Assembly (NCBI GenBank): GCA_003427395.1
Contig: BFEA01000026.1
Location: 4,080,404-4,144,403 of the forward strand
Source: Chara braunii
Lineage: Eukaryota; Plantae; Charophyceae
Direction of reading: 5' to 3'
DNA: 64,000 bases
Below are positions 51,518 to 63,821 of this stretch, piece by piece. The notes below the pieces were generated by a model. The model had not been told where the DNA came from. It made no database searches and was given only the letters and a program-made list of their open reading frames with translations. The position numbers and the translations under genes are program-made. Positions within the stretch are counted from its first letter, which is position 1; every line of letters starts with the position of its first letter.

Positions 51518-53809
51518 ACCTCACGCCCCCTCGCAGCTTCCCATACGGGGTCGCCGATCAGAGTTCTAGGAGGGGCGTGGCCGAGGATTTTTTGCCGTAA
51601 GGGTTGAGTCTCCCGGACGGAACGGGAGGCTCTCGTTTCTTGGCCGAGTTTTTTCTCAGAGTCGAACTGTCATCGCGAAGTCCTGCGGGAGTCGGATTAC
51701 TCCGAAACGATAAAATCAGAAGGGTTTCTGTGAAAATGAATTGCCGTCGTGCATCGGGACGGGAAAAGGCATCAAGGGGAGGAGGCCATGGCGGCAGACG
51801 GCAAAAAATCCGGACGTCATGGGTTCCGGGGATAGATGGTGGGTTCGAAGCCTTCAGGCCTCTTCATCGGCCTCACGAAGTGGCCGAACCCTCGGGTCTT
51901 TTGCTGTAGAGGTGATTGGTTCGAGGCCTTCAAGCCTCGGTGTCGGACTCATAGAGCCCGCGCGAAAGTTTTCGGGAGGGTAAAGCGGCGGGAGGACTCG
52001 GCGGCATCTGAATTCGAAATTGCGCAGGCAGCGCCCCCGCACTATGGGAAAGCTCGGGGAAACGTGTCGCTCCCTCGTAACCCAAGACCAGTCGTCGCCA
52101 CGAACGCGAGTCCCCCTGGTGACACCAGCGACAATCAAACTGCGGTCGCCACGCGGCGTGAGCGGCCGACCAGGGCAACACCGTTAAACCCGTATAAGGC
52201 AATATTAGAGTCGGGGAATCAAAGCGATCAATCAACACAAACCCGTTCCCCCTTATCTCACAAGCCCGAGGCGGGTCTTGCCAACACACTTGCTCCGTCC
52301 GCCTCAGCACGCGTCTTACGTCCGCATCGCAGTAGATGCTGTCGTCATCTGTGATGGGGAAGGTCGGTAGCGAAATGAGACGATCGGAGGTACGTGATGA
52401 ACACGAGCAAGATCCCACGTTCCCGGTCATCCGAACCAACACCGAATCCATACGACAATCGTTGCAACTCTTCTCTCTCAAAAGTGGGTGCGTAGGGGGA
52501 GGATGACGAAATCTAAGCTTTCTCCCCTTGGCGGGGGCGTCGACTGTCCGTGCGGACGCAGGCGGTTGACGTCACCGGTACGGGGACGAGAGGCTCTAAA
52601 AGGCGATGATTGTTAGTTCAAAAGGAAGGCAATCGAAGAGGGAGAGAGAGAGTTACGCCAAGACCGCGCGAGAGCGCAGGAAAGGCCGCGGAGGGGAGGG
52701 GAACAACCGGATCAACACACTCATACTCCTAACTAGACGGTCCCCTAGTTCAGTTTCCCCATCCCCGCCCGGACGAGTACATACACACATACATGCATGC
52801 AATCAACAACCCTTGACAGGACATCTAATCATCCATGGACCTTCGACGTTACCCATGCGCATAACCAGCTCCCATCACTCGGGGCTTCACACACACGACA
52901 TGCATAGACAAAGCAGCGATGGAGATAAAAGCGAGTCCTTCTTGTACACAAAAATTTCAATTAACTGCTGCCCCCAGGCACAGCCTTCAAAACTTCCCAA
53001 GACCACCGACCACCATAGCCACAAGGCCCTGCCGCGGCCGGCGTCCAATCCCCACCACTGCTCAGTCCCTCCGACTGCTTCGCCCCGAGACTACCGCGAA
53101 GTCCACCCCACGTCGTCACTCCGCCCGGCCTTGGGCTCGTCGAGCCTATTCGGCGCCGCGGACTCTCGCGCATAGCTCGCGCAACATTGCAGCCGAGATC
53201 AAAGAGAGGGAGAGGAGAGGGTTGCGCAAATTTATAGCGCGGGAGGCGGCGGGTTAACAGCGCGAGGTGTAGATGAGCAGGACAGGAGAGAGAGGTGGGG
53301 AGTTAGAGGGTTCGATCCTCGGGATTGCCTGGCTACGTGATTGGGGTGTTCGTCCACGTGGTGCGCGATTTCCCGCTTTCCACATTGATCCGAGCATCCC
53401 AACTACGCAGCCAATCACTTCGCGGAGGAAGACGGGGTAAGGATCAAGCTGGGCGTAGGGGAAGACGAAGAGTCCTGCATGGGGAAAACGCGCGCAGCAA
53501 GAAGGGAAGATGGCGCGAGGATGCAAAGCAAGAAACGGGGATGCGAGACGCGCGAAGAAACCGGAGCTTGGGCGCGCGCGAAAAAATTCAAAAAGTTCCA
53601 ACCGCACCCGTTTCTTGGTTTTCATACCTCGGCCGCTATTCGCCCGCGGGAGTTATTAACCAAACAAAATGAAAAAGCCGTTTCAAAAAGACAACAAAAG
53701 CATGAAGAAAGAAAAACCCCTTTCTATCCGCGTCCGTACGTCGGGGCTTCCGCGGGATTTTTCCTCAGGGATACGGCAAGCCGCACGGTACGGATCTGAG
53801 CTTATCACA
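51516..53809 (-). repeat. 5' LTR
   Basis: Near-identical to 40811-42982. Confidence 0.92.
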
Positions 53810-55885
53810 TGCTTGCCCTCTCGATGACGGAGACTGGAATCTCCGAGGGGGCAGGAGATTGCAGGCTGAGGATTGTGCCTGGCTCGTGCCGAGGATATGG
53901 TCCTTCGAACCCTTTACTAGAATGGAGTTGGGGGAGTACCCGGGACCTCCCCTTCGATGACAGAGACAGAACTGTTGCACTTGTCGGTCTTCCGGGACCT
54001 CCCTTTCGATGACGAAGACAGAACTGTGGCACCTGCAGGTGGGGTATCACGCGTCCTACTAGTGAGTGGGCTAGCTGGTAGGATGGTAATAGAGCACAGC
54101 AGCAGCAGAGATGGTGGCTCTGCTGCAGTAAGTCTTGCTGGAGTGGGGACCTGGGGATTGGTTGGAGGGTTGTAGACATGTCTGAAGCGGTTCCAATATT
54201 TCTGATTCATAGTAGCTTTCTAGCCTTTAAAAAAGGAGGAATGAGGTGAGAGAGAGAAAGATGTCACGCGTCCCACTAGTGAAGGGGCTAGCTGGTAGGA
54301 CAGAAACAGGGCATAGCAGCAGTAGAGATGGTGGCTTTGCTGCAGTAAGTCTTGCCGGAGTGAGGTAAGGAGGACTGATGGTGGATTCTTGAGTAGTTTT
54401 TTGAATTTTGTCTAACTCTGAAGTTCCTTGAAACAAAGTCTGAAGTAGCTCCAAAATTCTTAGTAGGCTTCTAGTTTCATCTTCATGGAATTTTCTGATG
54501 ACTTGTCTGAATGTGCTCGTTATGGGACGCTAGGCCCGGTTCCCAGTTTGTGCCAATTTGTGAGGATATGGTTGTATTTATGGGACGCTGGACCCGGTTT
54601 CCAGCAGGTGTTGCTCCCCNNNNNNNNNNNNNNNNNNNNNNNNNNNNNNNNNNNNNNNNNNNNNNNNNNNNNNNNNNNNNNNNNNNNNNNNNNNNNNNNN
54701 NNNNNNNNNNNNNNNNNNNNNNNNNNNNNNNNNNNNNNNNNNNNNNNNNNNNNNNNNNNNNNNNNNNNNNNNNNNNNNNNNNNNNNNNNNNNNNNNNNNN
54801 NNNNNNNNNNNNNNNNNNNNNNNNNNNNNNNNNNNNNNNNNNNNNNNNNNNNNNNNNNNNNNNNNNNNNNNNNNNNNNNNNNNNNNNNNNNNNNNNNNNN
54901 NNNNNNNNNNNNNNNNNNNNNNNNNNNNNNNNNNNNNNNNNNNNGAGGGGAGGGGAGGGGAGGGGAGGAGAGGGGAGGAGAGGGGATTGGAGAAAAAAAT
55001 AGCTGGAGATACCTAGAGTGCTACCATTCTATGTTTACTGACGGACAACAAGCTCGAGGAGTGGGCTAGTGGGGAACACAATCATGAGAATGCCGTGAGA
55101 CAATCCGGCTCCTACCTACGATTGCTCGTTTGTACAGAAAGGAGAGAAAGGCATCCCCCCGTAAGAGAGGACTGGCGATAGATCAGACGCAAAGTGTCTG
55201 CCACGTCATGCTTGTCGTATAATTGGTCCTTTCGGTTCGAATTGAGGTAATTTTTTTGTGCCATTGCTGCAACGTAGCCCCTCTGTTTTTCCGATATGCT
55301 CTGAATTTTGTCCATGAATGGGACGCTGGAGCCGTTTTCCAGCAGGTGATGCTCCCCACCAATAGATGGAGCCTCTCCCCAGGTGCTAGCGGTGTCTGTT
55401 TTTTTTTTTTTTTTTTTTTTTTGAAAGAAACACCATTGGCCCGAAAGTACCTGCTAGCAGGAGTTGGTAAGAGCATCCTCCTCTAGCAGGCTTCGCAGCG
55501 TAGATGCCTCCAATCTATTGGTGGGGAGCTGCACCTGCTGGAAACCGGGTCCAGCGTCCCTTTAATGACATGCACCAGGAGCCAAGTTTAGAAGAATCAA
55601 TCAAATGGATACACAGCAGGAGGCAGCATTGATTATCCTCTCCAGGAGGGGATTGACTGACCTCTCTTTAACAAAGCTATACAAACAACCCTAATTACTT
55701 GCCCTGTCCATCCTCCCCTTGAACAGCCGTGATCGTCCTTCGCCCCAGTTTACGAGAGGCAGTCAGCGTTTCTTCTTTCTGTGGGGAAGCTCAACCCTAA
55801 TCCTACTTATGAAAGGACCATCGTGCCAAGCCATGCCTAAAAAAGTCTCGCCTACATAGGTATTGTGGTAGGACACGGGCACAAG

Positions 55886-57220
55886 CTACAGAGATTTCGA
55901 CCAACAACAGAGGCGGTTATGCAATTCGGGCCAAGAGGGAGAGAGGCCGTCTACCGCAGAGAAAGAAGATCTGCGACTTTTGCGAAATCGTCGTGCAGAA
56001 CCTCCCTGACGAAGGGATGAAGTCCAATCCCAAGGCGGTCGCCAGGAGCGGTAACCCTGGTCGCCCTCCTTCTCTCGTTTCTCTCCTCGCATCCTTCCCC
56101 CCCCATCTGCGTCTCCTCCCATGGTCATTTTCACCCGGCAGATTTGATAGATCGTGTAATTTGTCACCCCTACGTGATGCGGTGTCGCCCGGGAAATTTC
56201 TTCCAGCTGTTTGCGGGGCAACAGCATTTCACTACGAATTATTGGAGTGCCCTTGCGTCGGCAGGTTTCCATTTCAACAAGGCACTCTCGCTTGTCTTCG
56301 TCCGGAGAACTTATATGGTGCTGTTGACAGCTGGCTTCGCCCCCGCCCTTGGCCGATCCGTGATCGTGGGAGAGGGGGATCGTCACCCTCCCGTCGTATT
56401 GATGCTTGCTGGGCACTCGGGCTCCATTCTCCATCGCGCCGTCTTGAGCTTCAGCAGCAATGATGGTGTTTTCATTCTCCATCGCGCCGTCTTGAGCTTC
56501 AGTGACGATGATGGTGTTTCCTTCAAAGACCTGGTATTTGGTCAACAGCAGATCTTCAATCTGATCTTGCAGACCTGTCAGTGCGTGAAGGCAGTCAGAT
56601 GTAAGGTCGCTCTGCCAAACCCGATCTGCAGGGCCGGCTCCCGGCGATTGAAGAGCAGTCTTCATCTCCTCCTCTACCAAATCCAACCTGCAGACGCAAT
56701 GATTGATGTCAAGTCTGCAGTGTCACCCACTTCTTCGACCGTTTTCCTGATTGCCTCCAGTATATGTTCATGGCTCAGCCTGTGGTTCCTCAGCCAGGAT
56801 ATTCCAAATCATTATTTTCATGTGTAATGGGACGCTGGACCCGATTTCCAGCAGGTGATGCTCCCCACCAATAGATGGAGCCTCTCCTCTGGTGGTAGTG
56901 CTGTCTGCTCTTATCAGCAGCACTAACATTGAAAGGGATGTTTTTCGAAAAAAAAAACGTTCATGGCTCAGCCCGTCGGCGACCTCCATTGGCAGGTTGG
57001 TCCATGGCCCCAATTCTCGATGACGGCTTCCTTGTTTTGACTTGAGCAGTGTTTTAGCGCCACTTAGGAATTTCAAGTGTACTGGTCAGCCTTCTGCCTC
57101 TCGGTCAACCTGCTCCGGAACTCTTACCTCCTTCGCAGGCACGGTCAGCATATCACGCTCGCTGCACTGTGTCTCTCCTCTCGTGCTCAAATTTAGTGAG
57201 CTAAACTCCTCACCCGTTGG
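55886..57220 (-). pseudogene. Possible decayed coding sequence of unknown origin, interrupted by a SINE-like insertion
   Basis: Removing 56781-56973 restores ...EVADGLSHEHILEAIRKTVEEVG...; 266-aa ORF downstream with an internal 15-aa duplication; no recognised domain. Confidence 0.3.
56781..56958 (+). mobile_element. SINE-like retroposon copy with 15-bp TSD
   Basis: GTTCATGGCTCAGCC at 56766-56780 and 56959-56973; A tail. Confidence 0.88.
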
Positions 57221-57879
57221 TGGGGAAGAAGAGGATGGAGAACATCCTAAGACTCCACCTCATTTCAGGGTTTCGCCATGGCAGTCACCTTCGACGACGC
57301 GATGTGGTTGCCCGTACGGCTTCCGGTCGAGCCTCGTCGGCCGGCGGTAACGGAGCGCAGCCACAGTCTATCATCATCATTAGTTGATCCAGAACAACCA
57401 GCGACGCACGCCGACTGCTGATGGGACCATCAGCGGTGTCTGCTCTTATCAGCACCACTAGCACTGACGGGGGCGTGTTTAAATTAACAAAAAAAAAAAG
57501 AAGTGTAACGTCACATATTAGTAGAGGTGCTTGCAAGAACGGGAGAGTCCTTGTGAACAAACAGGTGTAAGCAGAGAGCCGATTGACGTGGGAGGTGACC
57601 TTGAACAGGCGAAGTGAAGAGCAGGTGGTGGGCCCCACATGCACGACGGCTGCACGTCATATATACTGGTCTTTGACTTGTTGCTCAACACTTCATCAAT
57701 TCAGTGCTAGTTTCAATAACGTTAGAATAACTTTGAGAGGGGCCTTTTTTTAGTTCTTCTTCTTCTTTTTGAAAAAACTACGGTATATTTATTCTTCTCA
57801 CAAATCTTTCATCATCTTTCAAATTCTTTCAATTCACCTTTTCACTACCTCCCTCCCTACCTGCCACTACTCCTAGGCC

Positions 57880-58043
57880 AAGGTCCCACTAGCAAAGAGG
57901 ATTGGATTAACTCCTGAATCTGGACGTGTTTCAACCAGAGATTCATAAAAGCAGTTCAAGCTCGATACTCTGCACCTTTGCACAAACGCGTCCAGATTCA
58001 GGCGTTCAATCCAATCCTCAGCGCTAGTGGGACCTCCCCCCCA
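57880..58043. mobile_element. MITE (AGGTCCCACTAGC / GCTAGTGGGACCT)
   Basis: Long imperfect inverted repeat; family members at 31.6 and 36.5 kb. Confidence 0.7.
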
Positions 58044-58869
58044 AGGCTTAGACAGGGGACCCCTGCGAACATACCTTTGTTGTTGTCTCCCTCCAGCCAT
58101 CCGAGGGGATGGATGCATGTTTTGCACCCCCCTCTCCCCACCCCCCCCAAGAAAACCATGGTGGTCAAAGATGGGGTGGGGCTGCTGGTGGGGTTGGGCT
58201 GGCTAACACAAAAAAAGACCGATCATTTTGCCAGTAGCTGCGCCTCCCTTTTCATTTCAAATGTCTTTTCTAAATTTTTTCTAGAGAAAAATTTGAAAAC
58301 AAAAAGGGGAAAAAGAGGGCACTTGATTTCTTGTCGATAAATAATACATGCGGCCGTCGCACAGACACACTGTAATGATGAAGAATCGGATGTCCAGAGG
58401 TTTTTCAAACGTACGACACTGGATTCTAGAAGGGATCATGGGGCAAAAAAAAAAAAGAAAAAAAAAAAGGGATCATGGGGCGATCGCACACACACTATAA
58501 TCATGTGTAAGGATGAGGAATTGGATGTCCATGCGCATGCGCAAACTTTAAGGTTTTTCAAAAGTATGGCACTGATCTAAAGCCATCATGCATGCGGAGG
58601 TCGCACGCACATCATCTCCGTCTGCACATAATCGGAATCCGGTACGTCCTGTGAAGAACATCTCCATTTTCATGAATGAATGAAATGGAATGTCAAGATG
58701 AAGTTTCAAGACAATATTGAACAGTGCGCCGAGGCGAAGGATCTCCATTCACAGACTTCCCATCTGCTGCAGGCCCGCATTTATATCTTTGTACTCTGAT
58801 GTGTACAGCCTGTAGCTTTTCTGCTTTCATTGTCACTTCCAGTATTAGCAGTTTCGGAGTGCGAGCGCT

Positions 58870-58914
<45 letters not shown>

Positions 58915-59203
58915 AAAGCCCTCTTTTTCTTTGGCTTTCTTTGTGCTCCAGTCTGACTTAGTCTATTTATTTTTCTCTCTCTTTTTATTTTTTTTTCCCT
59001 CTTGTTTTTCTTTGGTTCCTAAGGCAGGTTCGTGTACGGAGGAAACAGGTAGTTACTACTTCTCCTTCCTCTAAATGACAAGGTTCCAAAAAAAAAAAAA
59101 AAAACGGTTCAATGAACTTCTCACAGCACCTCCAGGACCGGTTCATTATCATTCCCCGGCCCTCTCCGATTTGCGGACCATTTCTCGATTTGTGTGCGTC
59201 AAT

Positions 59204-59326
59204 GGGCCTCGCTCCACTACTCTCGAAATGTGCAAAACAAGAGTGAATCTTCCGCTAGAACATGGAAAGATACACCTCCATGAGTTTTGTCTTCTTGTGC
59301 ATGTCGAGAGTAGTGGAGCGAGGCCC
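59204..59326. mobile_element. Tourist-like MITE, 123 bp
   Basis: TIR GGGCCTCGCTCCACTACT / AGTAGTGGAGCGAGGCCC. Confidence 0.85.
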
Positions 59327-59360
59327 ACTACGCTAGACACATGAAAAATTTCAAGTGTAA

Positions 59361-59482
59361 GGGCCTCGCTGCACTACTCTCCAGATGCACAAAAGACAAA
59401 AAAAATGGCAATGTATCTTTCCATGTTCTAGCGTTGAATTCAGTCTCATTTTGCACATTTTGAGAACAGTGCAGCGAGGCCC
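59361..59482. mobile_element. Tourist-like MITE, same family, opposite orientation
   Basis: TIR GGGCCTCGCTGCACT / AGTGCAGCGAGGCCC; TAA TSD on both sides; a truncated third copy lies at 59810-59859. Confidence 0.88.
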
Positions 59483-59883
59483 TAAGTCTAGCGCTGCCAG
59501 ACTCCTGCATTGGCATCAAGAGCTGTCGCCGCTGCACTTACTCTGGACCTCGACTCTGGTGAGCATTCTTGAATGTAGGACAAAATTGAAAAAGACACTA
59601 CACGACAGGGCAGTGACGATTTGTCCACCGAGACTGGAGGCCAACTCTTGAATAAGCAAATGGAAATTATAGCAAACCGCACCAAGGGTCTGGTCGGCCT
59701 CGTTCGAAGCTTCAAGAGCTCGTCCGATGGGCCATTGGCCCATTACTAACACCTCTTGAAGGGACGGACCAAGAGCACTTTTTTCAACAGTCAGAGCAGC
59801 GATGACTCAGGGCCTGGCTGCACTATTCTCGAAATGTGCAAGACGAGAGTGAATCTTCCAATCAAATCTGGGTATGTATATTG

Positions 59884-59894
59884 GAAAGGAGTCA

Positions 59895-59937
<43 letters not shown>

Positions 59938-59954
59938 CCTCAGTCACTGATTCT
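59884..59954 (-). rRNA. 3'-end fragment of 16S-type SSU rRNA, probably mitochondrial rrn18 insertion (NUMT), cut by a gap
   Basis: Contains TACGGCTACCTTGTTACGACTT (1492R site) and CCGCAGGTTCCCC; terminus reads GGATTGACTCC rather than the bacterial/plastid GGATCACCTCC. Confidence 0.85.
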
Positions 59955-60774
59955 NNNNNNNNNNNNNNNNNNNNNNNNNNNNNNNNNNNNNNNNNNNNNN
60001 NNNNNNNNNNNNNNNNNNNNNNNNNNNNNNNNNNNNNNNNNNNNNNNNNNNNNNNNNNNNNNNNNNNNNNNNNNNNNNNNNNNNNNNNNNNNNNNNNNNN
60101 NNNNNNNNNNNNNNNNNNNNNNNNNNNNNNNNNNNNNNNNNNNNNNNNNNNNNNNNNNNNNNNNNNNNNNNNNNNNNNNNNNNNNNNNNNNNNNNNNNNN
60201 NNNNNNNNNNNNNNNNNNNNNNNNNNNNNNNNNNNNNNNNNNNNNNNNNNNNNNNNNNNNNNNNNNNNNNNNNNNNNNNNNNNNNNNNNNNNNNNNNNNN
60301 NNNNNNNNNNNNNNNNNNNNNNNNNNNNNNNNNNNNNNNNNNNNNNNNNNNNNNNNNNNNNNNNNNNNNNNNNNNNNNNNNNNNNNNNNNNNNNNNNNNN
60401 NNNNNNNNNNNNNNNNNNNNNNNNNNNNNNNNNNNNNNNNNNNNNNNNNNNNNNNNNNNNNNNNNNNNNNNNNNNNNNNNNNNNNNNNNNNNNNNNNNNN
60501 NNNNNNNNNNNNNNNNNNNNNNNNNNNNNNNNNNNNNNNNNNNNNNNNNNNNNNNNNNNNNNNNNNNNNNNNNNNNNNNNNNNNNNNNNNNNNNNNNNNN
60601 NNNNNNNNNNNNNNNNNNNNNNNNNNNNNNNNNNNNNNNNNNNNNNNNNNNNNNNNNNNNNNNNNNNNNNNNNNNNNNNNNNNNNNNNNNNNNNGATGAA
60701 TTTGGGCGCTCCTGTAGTGGCCCGCACGTTTCCCAAAATTGCGTAGCGTTAACACTACGCGACTTGGTGGTTTA

Positions 60775-61893
60775 AGGCATACTCACACTAGGCGTCTGAT
60801 TCTCAAATTCGCGAAATCTGATGATGTTTTGCAGTCACACTTTCCCCCCACCCCCAGCAAAAACACAAACAGTGTAGTATTTGTCGGCGGCCTGGTGGGC
60901 CGCGGGGTTCAGCAATTTGCAACGACCTCTTCCCATTTGATTTCCGTAAATAAAATTATAAAAAAAAAAAAAACTCCACAGGCCAGAAAACCCAACTTCG
61001 TGCCGACTACAGTCCAAAATTGCTATGTTCGGTTTCGAGATGACAAGCTTTTGAGAGGCCCAACAGATAACAGAAGACATCCGACAAATCAATGCACCGA
61101 AGCGTAGCAAGAAGACGAATGTGTGCTCCGTGTGTTCTGCCGTCTCCTGTTCAGCTTTAGGCCTGGACCCCACGGGAAAATCGTGGAAAAAACGGCGTGG
61201 AAAAACTTTTCTCGGACTCCACTGGACAAATCAGCCCCTCCGGAAAGCCGATTTTAGGGCATACTCACACTAGCACGTACTTCTGCAAATTTTGAGTCTG
61301 TGAATTTGCATTTATACGGCACCTGCGGGTCACACTGCTCACCCGTTTGTTGCCCAAAGCAGAAAGGACAGGGTCGCAACCTGGCCTTGAGATGTGAAAA
61401 TACGTTGTGTGCAGTCAGACAGCACAATGCACTCAAACTATTTTCTTTTGTTTCCAGAACGCAGTAGAGGAAAAAGAAATACGATTCTGTGGGGACCTCT
61501 CGAGGTCCCCGCAATGCAAAATATGTAAGCCCGCGGCTGTCCAGGCCGCTGACATTTACGTGCCCTTTTGTGTGAACACGCAAAAAAAATATGTGCCTCT
61601 TGCGACCCCCAAAACTTCATGAAATTTGCGATTTTCTTTGCGGAAATACCTCCAGGTAGTGTGAGTGTGCCCTTCGGAGGGCAGGGAGCCTTTCCAGGAC
61701 CCCGCCGCCTGGAAAACCGTAGCTCAAAATCCAAGATTTTGTGTTTTCACATTCAATTTGGTTTCCCTTTGGAAAAGTGCGGCGGAAGGAGTTGCACCCT
61801 GATTCTGAATGTATACAAGCCATCTTTCCGGTTGGATGCAGTAACAATGAGCGTGCATTGTGTTCAGGGATAGACGGCAGGGTGAGCATGCCC
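60775..61893. mobile_element. Non-autonomous PIF/Harbinger-type element (outer)
   Basis: AGGCATACTCAC... / ...GTGAGCATGCCC termini; TTA TSD on both sides. Confidence 0.7.
61257..61672. mobile_element. Related MITE nested in the outer element
   Basis: GGGCATACTCACACTA / TAGTGTGAGTGTGCCC; flanks TTA/TTC. Confidence 0.75.
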
Positions 61894-62199
61894 TTAGAAT
61901 GATGCCAATACCAAAACGAAAAAAAAAAAAAAACGCAGAGACCAAGGCACACACATATACTTGAGCACACTGACCGTAAGGAGTGAAAAAAAAAAAAAAA
62001 AAGCACTAGCACAAGCGCTTCTTCCTACCATTAAAAAAATAAAAAATAAAAAATAAAAAAAAAAACGACTGCAGTTATGGACGGAAAGAGCGCAACAGAA
62101 CAAAACACTCTTTTGTAATTAGGAAAAAAAAAAAAAAAAAAAAAAAAAAAACACTCGACACACTCTCTGCTTCTATTTGTTCCGAGTGTGTCGTGCTGT

Positions 62200-63700
62200 T
62201 AAATAAATATACTTCAACATCCTAGAATGCCTTGAATAGAAACCCAAACCACATTCGGACCTTTCCTACGCTGCAAAGAAGGCATTACTTTTCTCAATGG
62301 AAATGTGGCAACGACTCTTCCGTATTGTCCATAGGGTATACTGCCTCATTACCTGGAAGATATGGTCTTCTCATATGGCCGCCAGTAGTTCCTTGGCAAG
62401 TCACGACCTAGCAGTATGCCTGCTGCTTTGCTCTCAGACTCTCCGGGAATGCTGACGACGTGATTTGTCCCCAAAGGGACTTGGCTTTCTCCCATGCCGC
62501 AGCTGCCTCGGGCCATGTTAGAAGACAGTGTAGCATTGTTTCTGGGTCCCTCTCTTGACAGACGACACACTGTGCGTTAGCTCGATCCTTCCGTGCTCCG
62601 CTCCTGCGATTGTTTAACCAGTCGTTTACCAGCAGTGCCACGAGGGCAATTAGCGACTGCAAGCGTCTGACCCTTCCGATGCGTATCGCGTTCATCTCTA
62701 TCCACAGTATTTTGGGTAGCTGCTCCGGTGGAGCTCCGACTTTGTGTTTCCCATCGCTTGGACAGCGCAGGCGCTAGTTGGTGCGACCTTCTTCTCAGTC
62801 TGCGCTAGTGGGTGCGATCTTCTTCTCAGTCTGTAGCCAATTCTCGTCGTATAGTTTCGAATGTTGATTCGACTGGCCCACCCCAGTTCTTCCTCCTCTA
62901 AGATTGCATGCCCATTCTGCGTGGTGGGACTGTAGATTGGCTACGTTCTTCTGGCCACCCCAGTTTAGGATTTCGAGGGGTCCACGTCGAAATCCACCAA
63001 AGGCGTGGTGGGACTGTAGATTGTGAAATCGTCAGATTCCACCACCCTTGCTTTGCGCAGGTGTTGCAGTTGGATAGCGATTGGAGTTCTAGTTGCAGTT
63101 GGATAGCGAGTGGAGTTCTAGTTGCAACTAGAACTCCCATCGCTACCCAAATGCAACACCTGCGCAAAGTAAGGGTGGTCGTTGGCCAACTGCCAGCTCG
63201 TGGTACTCCCCGGGCACTTGATCTCGTACACATATCTGCAACCGCCCATTCCCATTCCTTTCAGGTTCCTGGTTCCAGATTCTGAATGCAGCCTGTGGTC
63301 CCTCATCCTGCTTCCGTGTGGCCCAGTCCCCTACAGTCTTCCCCCGAATACGACGTAGGGTCATTATAGCTGAATTTAGACTGAAAGATACACCAAATTC
63401 AGCTATAATGACCACACGTTGTATTTGGGGGAAGACTGTAGTCCCCACTGGGACTCCCGACTCCTTTCGGAGCAGTCTTGTCCACCCATTCCTGCGGTAG
63501 GGCCTGAACCAAGCACCACAGTCCCCTAGTCCCCACTGGGACTCCGACTCCTTTCGGAGCAGTCTTGTCCATCCATTCCTGCGGTATGGCCTGAACCAAG
63601 CAAGTCCTTAAGACATCTTCTTCTAGTTTGTAGCTGCCTGTCAGCTGACAGGGATCTCTGATATGGTCTTTTTCTGAGATACACTGTTGTCAATCTGTCC
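62200..63700 (-). mobile_element. Rearranged 3' fragment of a LINE ORF2
   Basis: VQAIPQEWMD resembles RNAVPQQWVD of the first LINE; ALLVNDW...CVVCQERDPETMLHCLL zf-RVT-like motif. Confidence 0.75.
63334..63438. mobile_element. Tc1/mariner-type MITE, 105 bp, TA TSD
   Basis: TIRs of about 44 bp starting CAGTCTTCCCCC; the empty site (gtcccCTAGtcccc) is present in the neighbouring tandem duplicate at about 63521-63534. Confidence 0.88.
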
Positions 63701-63703
63701 TTC

Positions 63704-63821
63704 GGACGCTGGACCCGTTTTCCAGCAGGTGATCCGCCCCACCAATAGATGGAGCCTCTCCCAGGGTGGTAGCGGTGTCTGCTCTTATCAGCACCGCTAT
63801 CACCAGTGGGGGTGTTTAAAA
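63704..63821 (+). mobile_element. SINE-like structured repeat copy
   Basis: Same family as 14774 and 56781. Confidence 0.75.

Larger units (their letters stand above)
40802..53809 (-). mobile_element. Ty3/Gypsy LTR retrotransposon, 13 kb, degenerate
   Basis: Termini TGTGATA...TATCACA; LTRs of about 2.3 kb; gag-PR-RT-RH-INT order; 4-bp TSD GGCT/TGCT (one mismatch), deduced from the intact neighbouring repeat unit. Confidence 0.95.

Noticed and set aside
58548-58780. Possible minus-strand exon
   Set aside because: Short, weak splice signals, no homology evident.
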